From: Candidatus Peregrinibacteria bacterium | GTDB taxonomy: Bacteria > Patescibacteriota > Gracilibacteria > UBA1369 | Assembly: GCA_963708185.1 (NCBI GenBank) | Contig: OY970195.1 | Span: 1,216,001-1,280,000, forward strand | Direction: 5' to 3' | Length of the DNA stretch: 64,000 bases | Shown here: piece after piece, positions 46,272-54,589 of the stretch | Position numbering within the stretch: position 1 is the first letter of the stretch | Layout of the letters: every line of letters begins with the position of its first letter | The notes under the pieces: generated by a model | The model's database searches: none | Told to the model about the DNA's origin: nothing | Seen by the model: only the letters and a program-made list of their open reading frames with translations | Position numbers and translations under genes: made by a program

Positions 46272-46347
46272 TTTTTGAGGTTTACCATTAAAGTAACCTC
46301 AAAAATGGTCGAGTTGGGGGAAAATAATTCTGTAACGTGAATACTTT

Positions 46348-46761
46348 ATGCAAATCAACAAGAAAGCAGCATCTATTATAGCTATTGTAAGCGCATTGGG
46401 AGGAGTCGCTGGTTCTATTGCCATTGCCGCACATGCACAAACCTCTTTACCTCCGGTTCAGCCGGCGGCGATGGTGCAGTCACAGGATACTGACAATATT
46501 CAGGCCCCTGGCGGGGTGGAAGTTCCCGATACCAAAGCGGCAGCAGCGTCTGAAGCAAACGATCAGGAAACCAACGATGACCAAAATCGGGTAAGCCAGC
46601 AGCAAGATGGTGGCAAAGATGACGCCACAGAAGTTCATCACTTCAACACAGATCCAGCGCATGAAGCAAATGAAAAGGATGAAGGTAATGCTGAGGAGAC
46701 GGTTGGACAAAATCCTTCAACTCCTTCTCAAACGATTCCTAAAGTCGTAAAAGGACAATGA
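46348..46761 (+). CDS. Secreted acidic low-complexity protein
   Basis: Signal peptide ending AHA-Q; D/E/Q/N-rich body. Confidence 0.7.
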   Translation: MQINKKAASIIAIVSALGGVAGSIAIAAHAQTSLPPVQPAAMVQSQDTDNIQAPGGVEVPDTKAAAASEANDQETNDDQNRVSQQQDGGKDDATEVHHFNTDPAHEANEKDEGNAEETVGQNPSTPSQTIPKVVKGQ

Positions 46762-46790
46762 GTTTGTTTTCCGTCGTTTTAGATTGATAC

Positions 46791-46824
46791 ACCAAAGGGC
46801 ACCTTTTCAGGAGTCTTTTGGTGT
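46791..46824 (+). terminator. Possible terminator hairpin
   Basis: ACCAAAGGGC...GTCTTTTGGT imperfect stem after 46761. Confidence 0.45.
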
Positions 46825-46847
46825 GCTGATTTACGAAAAGAAAAAAA

Positions 46848-46863
46848 CTTCATAATTTCTTCA
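46848..46863 (+). promoter_or_regulatory. OmpR/PhoB-type tandem box 4
   Basis: CTTCAtaatttCTTCA, TATCTT 11 nt downstream. Confidence 0.65.
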
Positions 46864-46922
46864 TTTTTTTCTTTTATCTTATTTGAGTTCGAAAAACATA
46901 AATAATTTTTTTAAACTTTGAT

Positions 46923-47774
46923 ATGCCTCAGGATACAAATACGCAAAAATTTCGAAAGATGTTAAACAAGGTACCGGAAGTTACTCTTTATTTTTGGATT
47001 ATCAAGATTTTGTGTACGACTATTGGAGAGACTGCAGCGGACTACCTCAATACAACCTTGAATCTAGGCTTGAATGGGACAACGCTCGTAATGGGCCTAT
47101 TGCTCATTATTGTCCTTATTTTCCAGTTTAGATCCAAAAAATATGTTCCTGCATTCTATTGGCTTGCGGTTGTTTTACTCAGCGTTGTAGGTACATTGAT
47201 TACCGATAATTTGACTGATAATCTGGGGGTTTCTTTGGAAACGACGACCATCGTATTTTCAGTAATTTTGGCGGGAGTATTTGCTATCTGGTACGCGAGC
47301 GAAAAAACATTGTCCATTCATTCTATTTTAACTACCCGGCGTGAAGCATTTTACTGGCTTGCGATTCTCTTTACTTTTGCCTTGGGTACGGCGGCGGGAG
47401 ATCTTTCGGCTGAAAAATTTGATCTTGGCTATTTGAATTCTTTGTTTATATTCGCTGGTCTTATCGCAGCTATAACCGTTATTCATTACGTTGTTAGAGA
47501 GGTCTTAGCCAAGGAACACAGGCATCAGTCCACGAATGCCGTTTTGGCTTTCTGGCTTGCTTACATTTTGACTCGTCCTCTCGGCGCGTCGATTGGTGAT
47601 TATCTGTCCCAAGCTCCGGCTGATGGCGGTTTGGGGCTGGGAACTACTGATACAAGCTTTATTTTTCTTGGCGCGATCTTGGTGTTGGTCGTCTATCTTT
47701 CCATTACAAAGAAGGACGTGATTACCAAGGAGGTTGCAAAACACGGCCATTCCGAGGTCATCGCGCCGTATTAA
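46923..47774 (+). CDS. COG4705/DUF347 family membrane protein
   Basis: KVPEVTLYFWIIKILCTTIGETAAD, FALGTAAGD, FWLAYILTRPLGASIGDYL. Confidence 0.88.
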   Translation: MPQDTNTQKFRKMLNKVPEVTLYFWIIKILCTTIGETAADYLNTTLNLGLNGTTLVMGLLLIIVLIFQFRSKKYVPAFYWLAVVLLSVVGTLITDNLTDNLGVSLETTTIVFSVILAGVFAIWYASEKTLSIHSILTTRREAFYWLAILFTFALGTAAGDLSAEKFDLGYLNSLFIFAGLIAAITVIHYVVREVLAKEHRHQSTNAVLAFWLAYILTRPLGASIGDYLSQAPADGGLGLGTTDTSFIFLGAILVLVVYLSITKKDVITKEVAKHGHSEVIAPY

Positions 47775-47832
47775 CAGCTGCGTGCGAAACCTGATGTTTT
47801 GTTTAGGCCTGATCACAACGGTTTGTATCCTA

Positions 47833-47868
47833 AAGAAAGGGACTCTTGAACTCAAGGGTCCCTTTCTT
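47833..47868. terminator. Intrinsic terminator
   Basis: AAGAAAGGGACTCTTGA-ac-TCAAGGGTCCCTTTCTT stem with one G:U pair. Confidence 0.8.
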
Positions 47869-47908
47869 CTTTCTATTCCTTACCCCAACAAATTATAATC
47901 GGTTATTA

Positions 47909-47924
47909 TGAATTTTTTATGAAG
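47909..47924 (-). promoter_or_regulatory. OmpR/PhoB-type tandem box 5 (no downstream gene)
   Basis: TGAATTTTTTATGAAG, identical 16-mer to 44037-44052; minus-strand TATAAT 11 nt downstream. Confidence 0.6.
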
Positions 47925-47950
47925 GATTTTTTTAACGTATAATGCAGCCG

Positions 47951-48196
47951 ATGGCTTTTTTCGTTTACATATTGGAGTGCAACGACGGTACGTTGTATAC
48001 CGGTTCCACCCGCGATGTGGAAAAGAGGGTGTATGCCCATAATTTTTTGAAATCTGGAGCGAGATATACACGCGCACGAAGGCCGGTGAAGCTTGTTTAT
48101 ACTGAAAAATACGCCACGTATCGCCAGGCCATGCGCCGTGAATACGAACTGAAACAGCTCAAAAGACGGGATAAGCTGGAGCTGATCTATTATTGA
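47951..48196 (+). CDS. Small GIY-YIG nuclease (UPF0213/YazA-like)
   Basis: FVYILECNDGTLYTGST, GARYTRARRPVKLVY.E, AMRREYELK; ATG 47951 lies 7 nt after TATAAT. Confidence 0.9.
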   Translation: MAFFVYILECNDGTLYTGSTRDVEKRVYAHNFLKSGARYTRARRPVKLVYTEKYATYRQAMRREYELKQLKRRDKLELIYY

Positions 48197-48705
48197 AGCG
48201 GAGCATTATCCTTGATCTCATGAAGATGGCAGGTGTTTTCGATGAAGCTCGTCATTGCCTGAAACTTATTTTTGTTGAAAACATAGGGCAGGATCGACTC
48301 CTTCCCTTCTTTATCGATAAGCTTCAGTCTGTTGGCGGGCCAGAAAAGATCAACTTTATAACCGGTGAGATCCTGCGTCTGGTGGAACTCCGATGATTTT
48401 TTCTTGCTCAAATACCGAACGTGGATCTCTTCGCCCTCGTCGCTGATTTCGATCTTTGAAGAAAGGTTGGAAAGGAAACCGGAAAACAGGATGGCCATGA
48501 TCGCGATGATCATGAGGTCCGGGAGCGTGAAAGAGCTGTTGTTGAGAAATTCGTCGATGGTTTTTGCCGCGACTCCTTTCAGCAGCGCGGACGCGAAAGG
48601 AAGAATGACGATGCCCGTCACGACGATGCCAAGGAGGATATTGGACAGTTTTTTTAACGCCGGGCCGAGAAAGAACAGCAGTTTGTTCGGGCAGTAGATT
48701 TCCAT
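48190..48705 (-). CDS. Hypothetical membrane protein
   Basis: Two TM segments plus soluble C-terminus; TGGTATAAT 7 nt upstream of ATG. Confidence 0.65.
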   Translation of the reverse strand: MEIYCPNKLLFFLGPALKKLSNILLGIVVTGIVILPFASALLKGVAAKTIDEFLNNSSFTLPDLMIIAIMAILFSGFLSNLSSKIEISDEGEEIHVRYLSKKKSSEFHQTQDLTGYKVDLFWPANRLKLIDKEGKESILPYVFNKNKFQAMTSFIENTCHLHEIKDNAPLQ

Positions 48706-48770
48706 GCAGCCTATTATACCATTTGTTTTTTCATGGTATAGTCGGGGTATTATTCATTTAGTTTTCAGGT

Positions 48771-48962
48771 ATGAAGACCCTCGCTTGTTCAGATTTGGGA
48801 GCCGCAGAGTGCACTTTTGTCGCCAGCGGTGAAACCAACGAAGACGTCGTTCAAAAGATGATGGAGCACGCTAAAGCCGCTCATCCGGAAAAAATGGAGC
48901 AGATGAAGAACATGACTCCGGAAGAAATGAACGCCATGATGGTGGCGAAAATCAAAGGTTAA
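48771..48962 (+). CDS. DUF1059 family small metal-binding protein
   Basis: MKTLACSDLG..CTFVASGET.EDV...M.EHAK.AH. Confidence 0.8.
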   Translation: MKTLACSDLGAAECTFVASGETNEDVVQKMMEHAKAAHPEKMEQMKNMTPEEMNAMMVAKIKG

Positions 48963-48977
48963 TGTTATACTTGGGGC

Positions 48978-49133
48978 ATGAATCACTGTGACCACGGTGT
49001 GTTCATGCCCCGAGAGTACCCTCAGAGGCCGAAGTGGAACCGCGTACAGGTGCAATGCCTGGAATGCGGGAAAGACTTTACCTACTGGGAGGATCGGGAT
49101 GAATCACATCTGGAAGCGCTCCCCCAAGATTAG
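48978..49133 (+). CDS. 51-aa putative zinc-ribbon microprotein (below ORF-track cutoff)
   Basis: MNHCDHGVFMPREYPQRPKWNRVQVQCLECGKDFTYWEDRDESHLEALPQD; CxH plus CxxC; TGtTATACT 6 nt upstream of ATG. Confidence 0.6.
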   Translation: MNHCDHGVFMPREYPQRPKWNRVQVQCLECGKDFTYWEDRDESHLEALPQD

Positions 49134-49156
49134 GGAGGCGGCTTTCGCCGTGGACG
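49134..49156 (+). repeat. 23-bp direct repeat, copy 1
   Basis: GGAGGCGGCTTTCGCCGTGGACG, identical to 50986-51008. Confidence 0.9.
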
Positions 49157-49212
49157 ACGTTGTTTTTTTGGCTTTCCTGTGATAAAATATTAGGTTAGTG
49201 TTTTTCATTATT

Positions 49213-50970
49213 ATGGTATCGGAAGAATCCAAAAAAAATGATGAGCAGGACCTCGACTCGCGTTATAAAACCCTTCGCAGAAAAGCCCGGCTGGCCGAGG
49301 AAAAGGTCATGCAGAAAAATATTTACAAACGTGGCGTTTTTGAAACGCTGACCGAAGTTTCGGGTGAAATCCAGCGGATTGCTAGGGCAACCCATAAAGA
49401 TTTTCATAAGGTTCTTCAAGAAACGGGCATTAAAGACCCGGATGAGATTTTCGACGAATCCGTCAGTCACTGGGATAGTATGCTTCGAGCCTCTTCAATT
49501 CCCTCCGAAGAGCAGTTGATTGAAAGTCTGCAGGATGATTTTCAGTTGAAACTTACCAAAGCCGCAGACGTGTTTCTCCCCACGGACAGGCTTGAGCCAC
49601 ACCATGGCGATCGTCAGGAGTCCAAGGAACCCGGTGATGATGTTAATCGGGTTGGACTTGCGATCGAGACGATTCTGCATATGCGCTTGGACGACGAAAA
49701 AATTTTACTTGATGACTTGAAGGTCACCGTGGGGCGCGTTCCAGAACACAGCTGGAGAACCAGACCCTACTGGGTGATCGATTTAAAAAAGTATAAGATC
49801 GCGGTTTTTTTGAACAACCAGCACTCGAACCGCACTTTTGTCCTGGGGTATAAAACAAAAAAAAACCTTGGAGAACTTGAAAAATATACCAAAGAACACT
49901 TGAAAGCGCTCAGCGAACGACCGAAGTCACTCATCCATCATTTTGTTTTTCACGACGATGGTCAGTTCCGTGGAGAACTTGCCGCCACGATTCAGAAAGT
50001 TTACGAAGGGAAGGCGATGGCGAAGCCTTATGCAACCTATGAAGAGGCGCAGAGGGCGGTACATGCTCTGGGGATAACGTCGCAAAAAGACTACATGAAG
50101 CGTTACAGGGAAGATCCCCGATTGCATTCGAATCCCGTATATCACTACAAGGAGGACTTTGTCGGTTGGGCGGATTTTCTCGGCACCGGGAATAAAAGCA
50201 CCCGGGAACGTTCGGCGGAACTCTATGCAACCTATGAAGAGGCAAGTGCGGCGGCCCGTGCTCTGGGAATAAAGACAAAAGAGGAGTATGCCAAAAGATA
50301 TCGTGAAGATCCGAAACTTACTTCAAGTCCAAACGGTAAGTACGGAAAGGATTTCAAGGGATGGAAAGATTTTCTCGGAACCTTGGATAAAAGACGGCAT
50401 TCAACAACGTATCCGACCTACGAACAAGCCAGGGAAGCCGCTCGGGCCTTGGGATCAACATCAGGTAGCGATTATAATCAACGTCGTCATGAGAATCCAC
50501 GTTTACCGGCTTCCCCTTTAGGTAAATACGGGAAGGCATTTGTCGGTTGGGCGGATTTTTTAGGGACGGGAAATAAAAGCTATATTGAAAGGCATTCGGA
50601 ATTTTATGTCACTTATGAAGAAGCGAAGAAGGCTGCACAAGCGCTGGGAGCAAAATCTCAAACTGAATATTATCAACTCTATAAAAAGGACCCTCGGCTT
50701 TCGTCTAATCCTGATCGAACGTACAAGAAAACTTTTCTCAGCTGGGGTGATTTTCTGGGAACTGAAACTAAAAACAGCATGGAGCGATCACGGGAGCTGT
50801 ATTCCACCTATGAGGAAGCAAAGAAGGCGGCGCAGAAATTGAGAATAAAGTCTGAAACGGACTACCGGATGGAATATAAAAAAGATCCCCGTTTGCCATC
50901 GAGTCCCTCTTCCAAATACGGCGACGAATTCGTGAGCTGGGCGGATTTTTTGGGGAAAAAGAAGAAATAG
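49213..50970 (+). CDS. Integrase-repeat (INT_rpt-like) containing protein, five repeat units
   Basis: Five ~60-aa units YxTYEEAxxAxxALGxxSxxxYxxxYxxDPRLxSxPxxxYxxxFxxWxDFLG; N-terminal ~270 aa unrecognised; ATG 49213 preferred over GTG 49198. Confidence 0.8.
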   Translation: MVSEESKKNDEQDLDSRYKTLRRKARLAEEKVMQKNIYKRGVFETLTEVSGEIQRIARATHKDFHKVLQETGIKDPDEIFDESVSHWDSMLRASSIPSEEQLIESLQDDFQLKLTKAADVFLPTDRLEPHHGDRQESKEPGDDVNRVGLAIETILHMRLDDEKILLDDLKVTVGRVPEHSWRTRPYWVIDLKKYKIAVFLNNQHSNRTFVLGYKTKKNLGELEKYTKEHLKALSERPKSLIHHFVFHDDGQFRGELAATIQKVYEGKAMAKPYATYEEAQRAVHALGITSQKDYMKRYREDPRLHSNPVYHYKEDFVGWADFLGTGNKSTRERSAELYATYEEASAAARALGIKTKEEYAKRYREDPKLTSSPNGKYGKDFKGWKDFLGTLDKRRHSTTYPTYEQAREAARALGSTSGSDYNQRRHENPRLPASPLGKYGKAFVGWADFLGTGNKSYIERHSEFYVTYEEAKKAAQALGAKSQTEYYQLYKKDPRLSSNPDRTYKKTFLSWGDFLGTETKNSMERSRELYSTYEEAKKAAQKLRIKSETDYRMEYKKDPRLPSSPSSKYGDEFVSWADFLGKKKK

Positions 50971-50985
50971 TTTTATTCTCATGCT

Positions 50986-51008
50986 GGAGGCGGCTTTCGC
51001 CGTGGACG
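50986..51008 (+). repeat. 23-bp direct repeat, copy 2
   Basis: GGAGGCGGCTTTCGCCGTGGACG. Confidence 0.9.
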
Positions 51009-51070
51009 GGTTTTATCGTTGTAGTTGATTTTTTCTGGAAGAGATCGGCTGAAAGGGCTATAGTTGTTTT

Positions 51071-53716
51071 ATGAAAACAGCTCTTATTTATGCGTTTCCG
51101 GGTTCACACGCCGTCGATTTTGCGGAAGTGGGCGGCAAGGGGCTTTCTCTGATGCAGGGCAGTAAAGCAAAGTTGCCGGTGCCTCCCGGATTTATTTTGA
51201 CGGTGAAGTTTTTTGATCCGTGGATGAAGCATCTGCACCGGACGGCGCTTTGGAAAAGTTTTTTGAAAGCCGATGAGACTGAGTTGCCGAAAATTTGCGC
51301 GGAGCTTAAAAAGGACGCCGGGAAGCTGGTCTTTACCGAGGGACAGAAGAAACTTGTTGATGCCGCTCTCAAAAAATTTTGGCGCGATGAGAAGCATCAT
51401 GTTGCCGGACCAACGGCTCTTTTTGCGGTGCGTTCTTCGTCGCCGGAAGAGGACATGGAGGGTTCGTCCTTTGCCGGCGGGTATGAGACAGTGCTGGGCG
51501 TTCCTCCCGGACAACTGGAAGCGGCCGTGCGAAAAGCGTTTATTTCCTGTCTGGATTATCGCGTGTTCGTGTACAAGAAGGAGAACGGATTTGAAGCGCA
51601 CGATCCTAAAATTGCGGTAGTGGTCCAGCGGCAGATCGCCAGCGAAACGGCGGGCGTGGCTTTTTCGTTGAATCCGGTGACGAACAATTTCGATGAAGCC
51701 GTCATCAACGCCAACTTCGGCCTGGGAGAGACAGTGGTTTCGGGAGTGATGACGCCGGATACGTATACCGTGGATGAGGTGACGTTAAAAATTTCCGGCA
51801 GACTGATCGGGAGCAAAGAGAAGTCCTTGTGGTTGACTCCGAAGGGAGGGACGGTTGAAAAGCCGGGACAGAAGCGGAGGAAGCCTTCACTGAAAGATGT
51901 CCAGATCCTGGCGCTGGCAAGGCTCACCAAGAAAGTGGAGAATTTTTACAAGATGCCGATGGATATCGAGTGGGCATTCTGCGGCGGGAAACTTTTTTTG
52001 CTCCAGGCCCGGCCGATTACGGGTTATATGCCGATTTCTCCGGAGATGATGACGGCTCCAGGTAAACGAAAACGTTTGTATTTTGACGTCACCGCGACGA
52101 TACAGGGTATGGACGATCCGGTCTGCGTGACGAGCACATCCTGTTTTTTGGCGATCGTGAAGAACGTGGGAAAAATTTTTTTCAATCGTGATCTGACGAA
52201 AAATATTGCAACGTCTATCGCCTGGGTTTCCGGCGGCCGCCTGTATTTGAATTTTTCTGTTTTTCTCAGGTTGCTTGGAAAAGACAAGGTTGCGGGGTTC
52301 GTGTCTGTGTTTGATCAGTTGAGCGCGCGCACGATGCGCGGAGTCGATGAAAAAATGTACGCGGCACAGAAAAGGAAAAGCCAGCTTTTGCCTTTGAACA
52401 TGCTTTGGAAGCTTCCGGGTATCGCGGAGAGGCTCATTGAATCGAACGTTATGCCGGAGCATCTTCATAAGGTCATCCAGAAACGGCTCGACCGTTTCAT
52501 GGCTCAGATGCGCTCGCTGGCTGCGGGGGATCTCGGTTTTTCCGACCTGGCAAATACGATGATCAGACATTTGATTCTCGATGTTTTTTTACAGACGGTG
52601 CCTTTGTTCGTGAAGTCCCATTTTATTTTCAATATCATGGAGAAGATGGTCGGCAAGGAAGGAAAAAGCATGATCGGGAAACTGCAATTTTCCCTTCCCA
52701 ACAATATTACGACGGAGATGGGTTTGGCGCTTGCCAGGGTTGCGGAACTTTTGCCTCCGCGTCTTACCCTGGACAAACTGGAAGCCCGTCTCAAGAAAAA
52801 AAATCTTCCCAAGCCCTTCATGAAGGCCTGGAAAGCGTTTCTTGCCGAGTATGGCCACCGCGGGCTGACGGAACTTGATCTGGCAATGCCCAAATATCAC
52901 GAAGCCCCGAAGTATTTGTTGAACCTGCTTATTTCCATCCGCAAATCCCCGCGGGGAGAGGGTCCGCTCGAAGTTTTTGAACGTCACCGTCTTGAACGGG
53001 AGGAAACTTTTCAATATTTTTACAAACGTCTGAGGGCGCAAAATCCGCGCAAGGCGGCAAAGTTCGCTTCGCTTTACCGGCAGGTGGAAATTTTCGGGGG
53101 ATACCGTGAGCTCCACAAATACCATGCGGCGTTCGTCGTCGATCTGTTGCGCCGGAAGATTTTAAAAGAAGCTCAGGCTTTGTGCAAAGCCGGGCGCCTG
53201 GATTCCGTGGAACAGGTTTTCGATCTTACGCTGGACGATCTTGATGCGGCGAGGAAGAACAAACGGCTCGATTTGCGGAAACTCGGAAAAAAGAACAAGG
53301 TTTTTATTGAACGTTTGAAAAAAGTTCCACTGTTGCCTTCAATCTTCGATTCCCGTGGGCTGATTTTGCGTCCGCCGCCGCTGCCGGTGAAAAAAGGCGA
53401 AGTCGCCGGTGTTCCGGTCTCTCCGGGGAAGGTGAGAGGGCGCGTGAAAGTGCTCCATGCCCCCGATGAAAAAGAGCTGAAGAAAGGGGAGATTCTTGTG
53501 GCCCGGTCAACGGATCCGGGCTGGACGCCGCTCTTCGTGAACGCGGCCGCGGTGGTCCTGGAGGTGGGCGGTGTACTGCAGCACGGAGCGCTCGTCGCCC
53601 GCGAATACGGGTTGCCCTGCATTGTCGGCGTCGAAAAAGCCACGTCGCAGTGGAAAGACGGTGATTTGGTGGAGGTGGACGGTTCGTCCGGAATCATCCG
53701 CATGATCAATCAATAA
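51071..53716 (+). CDS. PEP-utilising enzyme family phosphotransferase with rifampin phosphotransferase (RPH)-like architecture
   Basis: N-term ATP-grasp (VGGKG, AVRSSSPEED..SFAG, DIEWA, LLQARPIT), central domain (YGHRG..ELDL), C-term swivel His domain (TDPGWTPLF, GGVLQHGALVAREYGLP). Confidence 0.75.
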   Translation: MKTALIYAFPGSHAVDFAEVGGKGLSLMQGSKAKLPVPPGFILTVKFFDPWMKHLHRTALWKSFLKADETELPKICAELKKDAGKLVFTEGQKKLVDAALKKFWRDEKHHVAGPTALFAVRSSSPEEDMEGSSFAGGYETVLGVPPGQLEAAVRKAFISCLDYRVFVYKKENGFEAHDPKIAVVVQRQIASETAGVAFSLNPVTNNFDEAVINANFGLGETVVSGVMTPDTYTVDEVTLKISGRLIGSKEKSLWLTPKGGTVEKPGQKRRKPSLKDVQILALARLTKKVENFYKMPMDIEWAFCGGKLFLLQARPITGYMPISPEMMTAPGKRKRLYFDVTATIQGMDDPVCVTSTSCFLAIVKNVGKIFFNRDLTKNIATSIAWVSGGRLYLNFSVFLRLLGKDKVAGFVSVFDQLSARTMRGVDEKMYAAQKRKSQLLPLNMLWKLPGIAERLIESNVMPEHLHKVIQKRLDRFMAQMRSLAAGDLGFSDLANTMIRHLILDVFLQTVPLFVKSHFIFNIMEKMVGKEGKSMIGKLQFSLPNNITTEMGLALARVAELLPPRLTLDKLEARLKKKNLPKPFMKAWKAFLAEYGHRGLTELDLAMPKYHEAPKYLLNLLISIRKSPRGEGPLEVFERHRLEREETFQYFYKRLRAQNPRKAAKFASLYRQVEIFGGYRELHKYHAAFVVDLLRRKILKEAQALCKAGRLDSVEQVFDLTLDDLDAARKNKRLDLRKLGKKNKVFIERLKKVPLLPSIFDSRGLILRPPPLPVKKGEVAGVPVSPGKVRGRVKVLHAPDEKELKKGEILVARSTDPGWTPLFVNAAAVVLEVGGVLQHGALVAREYGLPCIVGVEKATSQWKDGDLVEVDGSSGIIRMINQ

Positions 53717-53737
53717 TCATAACTTAACTTTTTCATC

Positions 53738-54397
53738 ATGAAAAACCCCATCGAACCAACATGGAAAACAGAAATTTTTCCGGTTTTCTGCCTAACCGCA
53801 GCTTTTGCGGCTTCGTTTTATTTTTACAACCATTTTCCTGCTCAGGTCCCGACTCACTGGGGTCTTTCCGGGCAGCCCAACGGGTGGAGCACCCGGGGTT
53901 TCGGGGCTTTTTTTCTGCCGGTTCTTTCTCTGGTCATTTATCTGATCCTGTTGTTTTTGCCTTACCTGGACCCCAAACACAAGCACTACAAGGATTTCAA
54001 AAACGTTTATCACATTTTCAAGGGAGTGATCGTTGGATTTATGGTTGCCCTTTATTTTTTGGTTTCTTTTAACGTTCTTAATGATGATGTTTCCATAAAG
54101 ACCATTGTGCCGTTCAGCGTCGGTGTGCTTTTTCTGGTGTTGGGCAGTTTTATGGGCAAGATAAAGAGCAACTGGTTCGTGGGAGTTCGTACCCCGTGGA
54201 CGCTTTCGAGCGAAACCGTTTGGAACAAAACCCATCGGCTTACCGGCAAAACGTTCATCGGCGGCGGTTTGATCTTCATGATCATTCCCTTTTTCGGAGA
54301 ACGGCTCAAAATATGGCTGATCATCACCACGATCGTCCTCTTGGTCCTGGTTCCGATTGTCTACTCCTACATCGCGTACCGGCAGGAGCGGAAGTAG
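53738..54397 (+). CDS. SdpI family/DUF1648 membrane immunity protein
   Basis: PAQVPTHWGLSGQPNGW, NWFVGVRTPWTLSSETVWNKTHR. Confidence 0.88.
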   Translation: MKNPIEPTWKTEIFPVFCLTAAFAASFYFYNHFPAQVPTHWGLSGQPNGWSTRGFGAFFLPVLSLVIYLILLFLPYLDPKHKHYKDFKNVYHIFKGVIVGFMVALYFLVSFNVLNDDVSIKTIVPFSVGVLFLVLGSFMGKIKSNWFVGVRTPWTLSSETVWNKTHRLTGKTFIGGGLIFMIIPFFGERLKIWLIITTIVLLVLVPIVYSYIAYRQERK

Positions 54398-54403
54398 CGA
54401 ATG

Positions 54404-54589
54404 CTATTTCTGGTTGGGTTTCCTGATGTGCTTCACGAGCGCAATGATCATCAGCATGAGAACCGTCCATGCCAGGAGCAGCGTGATCAAGTTCGCGATC
54501 TGGGGGAGGACTGAGTAGCCTTCTGATTTTTGCGGGGGACGGTTCCGGTTGTTTCCCGTGGCATTGTTGCCGTAAAAATTGCCCATCAT
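54404..54589 (-). CDS. Small single-TM protein, translationally coupled to upstream ORF
   Basis: ATGA overlap with stop of 54586-55104; C-terminal TM. Confidence 0.5.
   Translation of the reverse strand: MMGNFYGNNATGNNRNRPPQKSEGYSVLPQIANLITLLLAWTVLMLMIIALVKHIRKPNQK

Noticed and set aside
46270-46308. Hairpin CATTTTTGAGG...CCTCAAAAATG as an independent ncRNA
   Set aside because: Best explained as a terminator or operator after the histidine kinase overlapping the next promoter; no other RNA features
47951-48196. Homing endonuclease or mobile intron
   Set aside because: 81-aa stand-alone UPF0213-type GIY-YIG with no DNA-binding extension and no interrupted host gene
49213-50970. Functional phage integrase
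   Set aside because: Only the repeat units are present; no tyrosine or serine recombinase catalytic motifs recognised
48190-51008. Integron cassette array
   Set aside because: No intI and no attC-like RYYYAAC...GTTRRRY structure; genes have their own promoters and mixed orientation
51071-53716. Phosphoenolpyruvate synthase (ppsA)
   Set aside because: The His-swivel domain is C-terminal and the pyruvate-binding barrel is missing
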